Under the pieces are notes generated by a model. The model ran no database searches and was not told the DNA's origin. It saw only the letters and a program-made list of their open reading frames with translations. A stretch of DNA of 56,031 nucleotides, filler included, from Jimgerdemannia flammicorona (Eukaryota), in NCBI GenBank assembly GCA_003990765.1. It is 3 parts of 3 records of this genome, joined end to end, with 100 filler letters (N's around TTAATTAATTAA, not from the genome) between each part and the next. Parts side by side here need not be neighbours in the genome. Positions count along the whole stretch, not along the records: positions 18,713 to 37,323 come from RBNJ01002162.1; positions 37,424 to 56,031 come from RBNJ01002163.1; 1 more part is not named here. The stretch is one strand, 5' to 3'. Shown piece by piece: positions 37,103-47,864 of the stretch; position 1 is the stretch's first letter; each line of letters starts with the position of its first letter. Both the position numbers and the translations under genes were made by a program.

Positions 37103-37321
37103 CTATTCAAACTCCCAGGCTTCAACGGTCTGTATGGTCTTGTACTGTGCAATTTGCTGCATGACTGTTTCCCAATGATGTCTTCTCACTTTCTCAAAGT
37201 TGGTAGGGGTTACTCCTCTCAGGTGGTCTATCGCTGCTTCATCTTCTCGGAATAACTTGTGGATTCTTTTGGCAATAGTGATCTGTGAGTGGGAGAGTTG
37301 ACACTCGGCAATCCAGTCCTC
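37103..37321 (-). CDS. C-terminal part of family D accessory ORF (cut by gap)
   Basis: Manual translation: EDWIAECQLSHSQITIAKRIHKLFREDEAAIDHLRGVTPTNFEKVRRHHWETVMQQIAQYKTIQTVEAWEFE*; matches the B and C ORF core; absent from the ORF track. Confidence 0.7.
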   Translation of the reverse strand, partial: EDWIAECQLSHSQITIAKRIHKLFREDEAAIDHLRGVTPTNFEKVRRHHWETVMQQIAQYKTIQTVEAWEFE

Positions 37322-37323
37322 CT

Positions 37324-37423
37324 NNNNNNNNNNNNNNNNNNNNNNNNNNNNNNNNNNNNNNNNNNNNTTAATTAATTAANNNNNNNNNNNNNNNNNNNNN
37401 NNNNNNNNNNNNNNNNNNNNNNN
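37324..37423. other. Assembly gap with artificial linker
   Basis: N-run, TTAATTAATTAA, N-run. Confidence 0.97.
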
Positions 37424-38118
37424 TTTTTTATAGTCACTTGGACTCTGTCTTTATTACCAGTCTATGAATAAGTATACAGTATTACCTCCCACTACCCAAT
37501 TCCCACAGGGGAGCCCCTCCCCACCTCTTTATAAATAAAAATCACCCTCTCACCCACTACTCCAATCCTCCCCCCACTCTATCCACAGATTTTCTCTACT
37601 AAGTGATGCCTCTGACCACCCTGCAGCCCCCAACCAAGCCACCAGCCTGTCAAGGTGTCTTCCATAAGACTATGCTACTGCAATAACCTGTCCCCCAAGC
37701 TCTGTCTCCTTCCATCCTCAAAAACAAATAGTCAGTGACTGGCCAGCCCCACCCAAATAGCCAAAGCCCAGTTTAAGGTAAGCCACTCCTTTCCTACCCC
37801 CTCTACCAATCGATCCCTCAAGTCCTCCCACTGCCCCCGTACTTCAGCTCCCCTACACCTTACCCCCAAGCAATCCCCAATGGTCTACCAAAAGTCTCCC
37901 ATTATCTCACACTCTCCAAGCCAATGTTCTGACATCTGTACATAACCCCCTTCTTGTCCTACATTATGGCACTCCTCACAGTCAAAGCAATCCCCTATGA
38001 TAAGGTGATCTGAGCAGAAGTTGAGCATTATATTCCTCCTTATCATGTGCCACCAGACCACTCAGTACTTCAGTGGCATCCACTTTCTCACTGCAGCACT
38101 CCAGGTCCAAACACCTTG
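37424..38118 (-). mobile_element. 5'-truncated LINE 3' fragment
   Basis: Poly(T) plus ATAGTCACTTGGACT terminus; CEEC...EHWLGEC on the minus strand. Confidence 0.85.
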
Positions 38119-38339
38119 GCTATAACTGCTTAGTACTAGCAGGACTTATAACCTTTTTTATAAAAGAGATTGATTTTATTGAAGATGTAAGTTATATATT
38201 TTACACATTACTGATAAATGATATAAAACTAATAAAATAGTATATAGCATAATGTTATATACTTATATTGAGTTGCAATCTCAATAGATTTAAGTATTGT
38301 AAAGTAGATATATATATATCTATTATATATTCTCAGAAA

Positions 38340-38881
38340 TAGTATACTTAGAAATTTGAGTTGATGATATCATTTTAGTCAGAATGATAAGTAAAATTAA
38401 TAAAGTAAAGACAATACTATATAAGAAGTTCAAAATGATAGATATGGGCAATATGTCTTTTCTTTTAGAATATCTATCATATGTAATAGAAATATACATT
38501 CAGACTATATTCAAAAAATTTGGTATAAGCAAATATAAATCTATTAGAACTCCTATAAAGACATCTGTAAGGCTAAAGAGGTCCAGTAATACTATACTCA
38601 AAACTATATCTAGAACTAATAATATTCTCTATTAGTAAGTAATAGAATTTCTCATATATATTTTATGCTCAGAATGAGGCCCAATATATTATATATAGTC
38701 AAAAAAGTGATATAATACTCATTCTACTATAATAATATATATTAGATAGTAATTAAGTATATTTTCTAGTATATTAAAGATATAGTATACTATATACTCA
38801 ATTTGAGTAATGATAATAAGGGATAAAGCAAGAGTGCTAAAAGATATCTGATATATATATATATGATACTAATTTGACTAG
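38340..38881 (+). pseudogene. pol: Second Ty1/Copia RT remnant, extremely decayed
   Basis: *VDDII and KKFKMIDMGN; colinear with 2770-3340; ends at the RNase H D-x-D-W motif where LTR A begins. Confidence 0.75.
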
Positions 38882-40278
38882 TGTAACAGACCAAAACGTA
38901 CCACCTGAATTATAACTTAGCCAGATGACGCAAACAATTAGCATACTTACTCCACATGATGTGACTTCCAGTGTATCATAGTTACTCATGCCCACCACAC
39001 TTATAATTAGCCAAGACACTAGATCAGGATTGTTTATCTGTGTCCTGTAGACACACTCATGTCTGGCAGACACACTCATGTCCTGTGGACACACTCATAT
39101 CCTGTGGACACACTCATGTCCTGTGGACACACCTGTACCCAGAGGACACACCCAAACATTCCAAAGATAGCAAATCTATAGTTAGCCGCATAGTAATCAG
39201 ATAGCAACCAACTTGTATAAATTACCCCAGAGGCGAGAGTGAATAAAACCTCAGTCTGAAATACAAATACCAAAGAAGCCTCTAAAGATTGAGCATTAGT
39301 CCCCTTTCCACTCCAGTCCACTTTCCAATACAAAGCTGATTTTGCCACCAAGTTCGAGGAAGAACTTCGCTGCCTTTGGAACTATTGGTTCGCTTGCCAG
39401 ATAAGCCTGAAGATTTGCTGCCTAAGTTCAAGGAGAACTTCGCCGCCTTTGAGAATGCTTGTTATTGGTTCGCTTGTCAGATAAGCCTGAAGATTTCCGC
39501 CTAAGAGAAAGCTGCCTTGCTCAAGCCAGTTTCTGACGCAACTTTGCAGTGGAGCCAGTCTACGATGTAACCCTGTGCAAACGAAGCCAGTCTTTGATGT
39601 AACTTTACCAAGAGACCCTTTCCAAGCCGCCATCCTATTTCCCAGTTAGAACCCGCTGATTCAGGAAGAATCCGCATCACCTGCCATTTTTGAGTTATCC
39701 ACCATATTCCCAGTTGAAGCCGAATCCACACCATCCATCCGAGTTAATTCCCAGTTTTCGAGAAGCCTGCTGATTCAGGAAGAATCTGTGTCATTTGCCA
39801 TTTTCAAGTTATCCGCATCCCCAGAAGAGCCATCCAAGTTATCCATTATTCCCAGTGAAGCCTGCTATGGAAGAATCCGTGCCATACAATTCCCAGTGAG
39901 CCAAATCGAGTCATCTACTAGAAATCACATACTTTTGGAGATCGTCACGCTACACAAGATCATCATGCAGAAATCGCCCGCCAGATCCGCATAAGGAGAA
40001 CTGCTAAATTGCCAGACTGTCACGCATAAGGAGATCATCATGCTACATAGAAATTGTGCCATTCCCAGTTGACCCAAGAAGGAAGAGACATACAAATCGC
40101 CACTACTCCCAAGAATCTGTCCCAAAAAGGAAACTGCTTGCAGACATCCAGATCTTGACTATTATACTGCTAAACACTATGAACATTTTGTTGCTTTTAA
40201 CAAAGTAACTGGGGGCTCAAGCCAAACTACATCAACCCCCAATCTTGTAATTTGCCTCCATTGAGCCGATATGTTACA
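38882..40278 (+). repeat. 5' LTR family A (~1 kb U5)
   Basis: TGTAACAGACC...ATGTTACA; TATAAAT 39216-39222; AATAAA 39242-39247. Confidence 0.9.
39041..39133 (+). repeat. 19-bp tandem repeat x5 (TGTCCTGTGGACACACTCA) in U3
   Basis: Directly visible; not expanded in the other family A LTRs. Confidence 0.92.
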
Positions 40279-40280
40279 TT

Positions 40281-40297
40281 TGGGAGCTCAACTGGGA
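40281..40297 (+). other. PBS, decayed tRNA-Pro type (family A)
   Basis: TGGGAGCTCAACTGGGA 2 nt after the LTR; compare PBS-Pro TGGGGGCTCGTCCGGGA. Confidence 0.72.
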
Positions 40298-40854
40298 ATA
40301 TTTCAAAATCGACGTGACTTTTTAGCTCACAAGAACCTACAGTCAAACTGGATACATTTGATACAATACCAATCTCTGCTACTACAGGAGAACCAGTCAT
40401 CACTAGTATTTGGACAGGAAGAGAAGTAATCACCTCAAGACTTGCCAACTACCCAGCATCAGAAGGATCTCAACCAGAAGTAGGAGGCAGTACAGCCCGA
40501 AATCCTCAGCCAGATCAACCAGATCAACCAGATCAACCAGACAATACAGGCAGCCCTGCTGGAGATTTTAGAGAACTTGTACAAGAACTAGAAGACTTTA
40601 TTACCTGGACCCAACACCTTACAGCCAGATACCCCACACCAGTCCCACCAATTTCACCAATAGAACCCCTACCACAACCTCTTGCAGAACCAGAAGCAGC
40701 TCCTACAAGGATACCTAGGCCTACTCCACCTCATCCAAGGACCAGAACACCATCTTCAAGATACCCAAGCACCCTGGTCTCTAGTGACAGTTCAGAAAGC
40801 AAATCAGAATCAGAATCCAAATTCGAACCAGAATTAGAAGAAAGTGACAAAGAA

Positions 40855-42288
40855 ATGGCCACCTCATTGCCAATCTTTGCAGGATACCCAGAGGAAGACC
40901 CCAGAGAATTCCTTGATGGAATCGAAGGAATCGCAGCCTTGAGAAATCTCTCAGATGAAAGGAAGATTGCCATCTACAAAGCTCAGCTCAGAGAACCAGC
41001 CAGAGGGATTTTCCATCAAACAGCAAACAACCCAGATTCGGAACTAGCAAGACAGATACAAGCAGCAGTCTCCTATGAGCTAGAATATCAGACCATGGTC
41101 TACTGGCTCATAGAAAAGTATGCAGGAAATGAAACCCGGCACAAGGCTCAGGAATCCATCATGGGAATGAAGATAAATCTTGGAGAATCACCCAGAGCCT
41201 TCTTCACAAGAATCCAGAAGAGGATGCACTCCGCCAGGTTCAATGCCACCAACTAAGACATCATAGGTCCAATGACCTTTATGAATGGAATTTCTCCAAA
41301 TATTGCCTAGCATGTCCGCACCCTAGGCATCAGAAGGTCTGAAGAGCAAGTAGATGCAGCCCAAGAATTCTTTGATGTCAGGCAAGGAACTACCTGGAGT
41401 GATCATGATAAGAAGGAAGACAAAGAAGATATCCTGGTCAAAGCCCTGCAAGGACTCCTTCAAGGACAAGAAAGATCCGAAGAAAGAAGGCCAGCCAAGG
41501 AAGGAAAGAAGGACAGAAGTGAAATCCAAGACCTCAGCTCCAAGTTAGATCGATTGGTTGGTCAGATTGAAAAACTCACTATATGCGAAAATCGGAGCTA
41601 CCAAGACAACAGAGGATACCTACCACAGAGGAGCCAAGGTTATCCACCAAGAGATAACAGAAATTACCAGCAAGAAGAAAGAAGGTACTCTGCCCAAGAC
41701 AGAGCCCAAGTCCAATGCTTCCACTGTGGACAATTTGGATACTATGCCACTGAATGTGACAACAAAAGAAGTGACCAAAGAGACTCAGAACTACCAAACC
41801 GAAGGAATGACACCCAGTACAAGAAGACTGAAGCCCATCCTGTTGAAGATTTCGAGGAAGCAAGCAACAGTGAAGACTACAGTGACCTAGACTTATACCC
41901 TACCAAGGTTACCACCCGAAAGACAGTCTACCCAGCAGAAAAAAGAAAGAGATCTGTGGGAAGACCATCCAGGAACATCAGAAGAATTATTCAAGAAGAA
42001 GATGAAGAGCATGAGGAGGAACATGTTGAAACACCTCCCCGAACCCCCTCACCGTTTGTGCCCAAGACAAATGAATTGCCACCAGAAGATGAAGAAATGG
42101 AACAAGAAGAACGGGAACCTGCTGTTCCAAAGTCTAAGAAAAAGTACACTCCAAAAACCATGCCCAGAGACAATACAATGAAGCCTGGCAGAAGATTCAA
42201 GAAGTCAAATGGAAGTCCCTCTCCTGCAGTTCTTGCAATTGACACCAGCTGGAGTTCGAAACAAATTGCTGAGAACCACAAGGTCTAG
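40855..42288 (+). pseudogene. gag: Gypsy A gag
   Basis: MATSLPIFAGYPEEDPREFL..., LGESPRAFFTRI, zinc knuckle CFHCGQFGYYATEC (H>Y); in-frame stops. Confidence 0.88.
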
Positions 42289-42349
42289 CACTGGCCGAGT
42301 TCCAATCCCACAGCAAGAACCAGCTCCTATTCCTATTCAAGCAGCTGAA

Positions 42350-42730
42350 AGACATGTCAGCACCTACCTACATGGAGATATTGGAGGACAAAAAGTGAAA
42401 ATCCTCATAGACACAGGAGCAGCTGTCTGTGTCATCACCAAACGATTCCTGGACACCCTCCAATGGCCCATTGATGGACTATCCAACCTCAGTATCATAG
42501 TAGCAGATGGAGCCCGAACTCAACTCCTTGGAGAAGTATGAAATATCACTATCTCCCTTAGACACATTCAGTTCTCCATCCCCAAAGCTGTTGTCATCGA
42601 AGCTGTCACCTATGATATGATTCTTGGCACCAACTGGATGAAGGAAATGAATGCAGTTGTTGATATTGGCCAACAAGTACTCAAGTTTGACTACCGAGGC
42701 AAGAAGTATAGAGTTAAGGTGACCAGCTAT
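42350..42730 (+). pseudogene. Gypsy A aspartic protease
   Basis: KILIDTGAAVCVI and YDMILGTNWM. Confidence 0.9.
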
Positions 42731-44036
42731 GAGCAATCAAAGAAGAAGAAGAAGGTCACCATTCAAGAAGAATATGCCAGCAGTGAGGAGTCTACCAGAA
42801 GAAGAAGAAGAATCTGAAGATGGAAATGATCCCAGACTCAATTCACGAATTAACCTGGTAGATGACAGACCAGAAGACAATGTGTGGGCCAAGAACACTA
42901 TCCCTATTACCATTGGAGCCATCGCAGGAGAAGCCAAAGGATGCCCTATATGCCTCAAGAGACACAAGTGTCCCGAGCACTCCTCCAAGATCATGGGAAA
43001 AAGGAAATCACCTGGTGCAGCCTGCCCAGAATGCAGAAGAAAGAAGAAGAAATGCAGACATGTTCCAGAAACACCTGTAACTGAAGCTGCAGAAGTACAA
43101 GCAATTTGGGATCAAGAATCATCTGAAGAAGAAGAAACTTCTGACCAAGAAGTTCCTGAACAAGAAGTACCTGGTGAAGAAGAAGTCCCTGAACTCATCC
43201 CCTGAGATGACCCTCGCTGGATACCACCTGAAGACAATGACCCCTGGAATACAGAGGAAGGACCCAGTACCATCACCATTATCCCCAAGAAAGAAACCCA
43301 CCAAGAGAGAGCTTTTTGGCTAGGAAGATGTTCACATCAAATGGTCTTCCACTCTCCCCGAGACTATTGCTATCAGTGTCATCTGTTGGATCAACAAGAA
43401 AGACAGAGACCCCAGAGACCAGAACCCCCAACTACTCTTGCACAGTCTACCACCTTCCAAGAAGTCACCACAAGATTACAAAGTCGATTTAGGGGACAAG
43501 GCTTCTTTACCCAAACAGAAATATACCCCTTGTCTACCCTTCCACCAACTTATGATCAAGATGGGTACCGATTCCCAAGACAACAAGAGATAAATAGCTG
43601 GGAACATCATTTCCGAGCAATGGGATATTGCAACCATGGGAGACACCCTGATTGCTGAGACTGCAGACATCAGAAGATTCACCTCAGTCATGATGTTGCA
43701 GTGCACACATTGAAGAAAGGAGATAACTGAAGCCAGATCTGAAAGAGGCAGATTCGAAAAAGCCAGACCAAGAAGCTGGGAAAAAGAATTCTCAAGATCT
43801 ATGATTTGGGAGAAGACATCCTAGCTCTCATCAGACATGTAACCTGCCAAGGATGGGCAGAAGATGCCACCAACTTCATGGAAGCCCTTGACCCTACAGG
43901 AAGGAGGGAAATCAATTACCTCCGAGACCCCTCTACTGGAGCCAGATGGCCACACCTCAACCTTAGAGCTTGGAGGCTTTCTGCCAGCAGAGCTTCAGCC
44001 TTAGGAAAGCCTGAACTCAGCAAGGACATTGCCCAG

Positions 44037-44438
44037 TATGCCCTGCTGCACCCCAAGGCCAAGCCCCCGACCAAAGCTCACCCAGAAGATGTAGGATATG
44101 ATCTTCACAGCCTGGAGGACAAATCTATCAAGCCTGGAAAAACCTTCATGGTCAGAATGGGATTAGCCATGCAGCCACCTCAAGGAGCTTATATTCAACT
44201 GACCTCAAGGTCCGGACTTGCCAGACAAGGGATAACTGTAGAAGGAGGAACTATTGACCCAGGATATACAGGTGAAATCAAGGTCATCCTACACAACAGC
44301 AGTGCAGAATGGCACCGAATCATTAGAGGACAGAAGATTGCCCAAGCAGTCTTCATGAAGGTCAAGACCCCACAGTTACAGGAAGTCTCTGGACTAACTG
44401 AAGAGACAAGACAAGCTGAAGGATTTGGAAGTTCAGAC
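44037..44438 (+). CDS. dut: dUTPase domain in Gypsy A pol
   Basis: GYDL, SRSGLA, GGTIDPGYTGEI, QKIAQ and RQAEGFGSS. Confidence 0.93.
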
Positions 44439-44845
44439 AGGAAAGAGGTACATCTCCTTCAAGTCAACTGCCTCAAGAGGAATGTTCTCCAGCAAGTATA
44501 CTGCCAACTAGTCAGATTGCACAAGAATCTCATCCTGGAGCCTGGAGAACAAACCACTTTCGAAATCTTTGCACCACCCGACCCCAGGAACCTTTTCTTT
44601 GAACCCAAGAAAGATATCCCACACCTGGACATAGAGGGACACACATTCTCTGACAAAATGAACCCAGTATACTCCCGAGCAATCAACCAAAGTTGGGAGA
44701 CCATCATCCTGCCAAAAGGAACCATCATAGGACATCTGGTGCCTTTTCTCAACCGAACTCATAGGGAAGTTTATGAACTAAACCTATTGGGAAACGGCAA
44801 AAGGTCCCAGAAGAAAGGAAAGGCCCCTCTGCGACCCAGGAGACA

Positions 44846-46250
44846 GTGAAGCCTTCCACCAACATTGGAGAAGAATTGACACCTCAACAACAGCAACAAC
44901 TAGTAGAACTTCTCAACAAATATCAAGATATCTTCACCACCAATTATGGCAACCTGCCATACAACCCATCATATCACTACAGCATAAATACAGGAAGTGC
45001 AACACCCATCCGGCAGAAACCCTATAGAATACCCCATCACTTGAAAATATTCAAAAAAGAGCACATTCAAGAACTCTTAGACAATGGAGTCATCCGACCC
45101 TCCACTAGCCCCTGGGCCAGCCCTATACTTATTGTACCAAAGAAAAAAGGATGGAGACTCTGTGTAGATTACAGAAAACTCAATTCAGTCACCAAGAAGG
45201 ATGCTTATCCTTTGCTCAGGATCAATGACCTTTTGGACCAGTTACAGGATACCAGATACTTCAGCAGTATGGACCTCTTTGCAGGATTCCATGAGATCCC
45301 CATGGACCCCAAGGACATTCAAAAGACAGCCTTCCTTGCTCTAGGAAAACTGTTTGAATATCTCTGAATGCCCTTTGGACTCTGCAATGCACCCCCCACC
45401 TTTCAGAAGATAATGAATTCAGTCTATGCTCTCTTAATCCACCACTGCCTGATTATATACATGGACAATTCCAACATCTATTCAGCAAATTTCAAAGAAC
45501 ACCTGCACCACCTGGAGGAATTCTTCAAGCTCACCTGCAAGAACCACTTGAGGTTGAATATAAAGAAATGCTACTTTGGGAAACAGAAACTTGAATTCCT
45601 GGGATTCATGGTTTCAAAAGAAGGAACTCATGCAGACCTAAAGAAAACCAAGAAGATCAACAATTGGCTAGTACCCAAGACTCCAAAAGAAATACTATCA
45701 TTCCTGATGCTAGTATCCTACTATAGAAGATTCATCATGGATTTTGCCTAAATCGCTGCCCTAATTCAAATCCTTCTCAAGAAAGGAATACTGTTCAAAT
45801 GGACAGAACCACAGGAAAAAGCCTTCAGAGAACTCAAGAACTGCATGACCACAGCACCAATTCTTGTGTGCCCCAATCTACAGAAGCCATTTATCTTATA
45901 TATAGATGCTTCTAAAGATGGCCTAGGAGCTGTTCTAGCCTAAGAAGGATCTGATCAACAGTGCCATGTGATAGCTTATGCAAGCAGAGCTATCAATCAG
46001 CAGCAGATGAACTATGGTAGCACCAAACTGGAATGTCTTGCTGTCATATGAGCAGTCACCCTGTTCAAATATTACCTCATTAGAAAAAGGTTCACTCTGA
46101 TCACAGACTATGCAGGCTCAAATGGCTATTCAACTACAAGGAACCCACTGGAATCCTAGCCTGCTGGATCCTTATCCTTCAGGATTACAAAATCACCATT
46201 ATTCACAAAGCAGAGAAAGCCCACAACAATGTTGATGTACTTTCCCGACA
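44846..46250 (+). pseudogene. pol: Gypsy A RT and RNase H
   Basis: SPWASPILIVPKK, RLCVDYRKLN, MPFGLCNAPPTFQ, YMDN (D>N), LYIDASKDGLGAVL. Confidence 0.95.
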
Positions 46251-47300
46251 GCCCCAATGAATCAGAAGAAGGGTGTCCCAAGGAATCACACCCTAAAGGA
46301 AGCTCCTTAGACCATCAAAGAACAAGAAAATCTCATCTGACAAGAACATTGGAAAGCTCACCAAGGACAGACATGCATAGAAGACAAGATTCGAAAACAA
46401 TATCAATGTTAGCCCCACCTCAGAACCCAAGTCCGAGATGTCATTCAGAAATGTGACATCTGCCAGAAGTATCAAGGAAGGAAGAACTATCAAGCACCAC
46501 TACAACCAATCGCACTACCAGACAACATCTTTCAGAGATAGGGAGTAGATGTAATTAGACTCCTATCAGTTATACCAAGAAGAAACAAATATATCCTTGT
46601 ATTTGTGGAACATCTAACCAAGTGGCCTGAAGCTTTCCCAATAGAAATCACAGATACCTTAACTATTATAGGCCTTCTCCATAGACTCACACTCAGATAT
46701 GGACCACCAGAAGAACTCATCTCTGACTGAGGCATGGAATTCATCAACAAGTTATGCTCAAATTCACAAGATCCACCTCAAAAGGACCACATCATACCAC
46801 CCTCAGATCAATGGCATAACAGAGAGAATGAACCAGACCATCAAGAAAGAACTTGCCTGAGTCAATCCTACTAATTGGGACCTCTGCTTATCTGAGATCC
46901 TATGGGAAATCCAAAACACCCCTGCTGCCTCCACCAGACAAAAGCCATTCAAAATGATGTTTGCCAAGAGAACCAGAACTGCTGACCATGAGAATCTTGG
47001 AGACCTCCTCAAGAAGACAGAACAGTTATGTAATCAAGCCCAAGGACAGATTATCAAAGCCCAGGAAAGACAAAAGAAGTACTATAACCAAAAACAGAAG
47101 GATCAGGAGATCAAGATTGGAGATCAAGTCCTAGTTTGGAGAAGCATGATTGAGACAAACTTTGCCACCAAACTAGAACTAAAATGGGAAGGACCTTATC
47201 TTGTACACAACATCAGAGGAACCAGTATCTATTTAAAAAACATGAATAGATGAACCCTGAGAACACCAGTATACATCAATCATCTCAAACTATATTTCCC
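46250..47300 (+). pseudogene. pol: Gypsy A integrase
   Basis: CDICQK, FQR*GVDVI, VEHLTKWPEA, TSYHPQINGITERMNQTIK, KWEGPY. Confidence 0.9.
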
Positions 47301-47309
47301 CTCTACACT

Positions 47310-47825
47310 ATGAGCCAAAGAATTGATCAGCACCTCCAGACATTGGTCTTCAGCTCCTTCCAAGCCCTACCAGTCCCTCTACCCCAATTCAGCCAAGTCA
47401 ATGGGAGCCCCCTTCAAAGGATCCAGGCTCATCAAGAAAATCTCACCCTGGCCAGATGCCTACTATAAGTCCACCAACTGCAGGCCTATTATGTAATCGG
47501 TGAACAATTGCAGAACCTCCTAGCCCCAGAACAGACCTATATCAGGAACACTACAGGTCTGACCAGAAGAGACACTACTGCTACAGACAGACTATACACT
47601 ATTTACAAACGAAATGTCACAGCCCTGACACAGGTACAATTCTCCCTGAATGATATTCAAGGAATAAACCCTGTTACCTATTTGAGTATCATCAACTCTG
47701 TCAAAATCCTATTCCCTGAAGAAGAAGAAGAGTCCATAGAATGGAGTGACCCCAGTATAGACAATGAAGATGATGGAATAGGTATAGACGCAGAAGCAGT
47801 CTATGCTTATTGGGATGATGACTGA
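47310..47825 (+). pseudogene. Family A accessory ORF (171 aa with one internal TAA at 47466)
   Basis: MSQRIDQHLQTLV...LL*VHQLQAYYVIGEQLQNL...ATDRLYTIYKRNVTAL...AYWDDD*; the other copy has CAG at the stop. Confidence 0.82.
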
Positions 47826-47864
47826 AGAATAGTCTGGGATAGACTACCCTTCAGTGGGGGCTGA

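Noticed and set aside
42200..42300. Programmed gag-pol frameshift in family A
   Set aside because: A frame change exists, but the element has several other indels and I see no clear slippery site; a consensus is needed.
47310..47825. Accessory ORF as env
   Set aside because: Short and hydrophilic, with no signal peptide, transmembrane helix or fusion-protein features.
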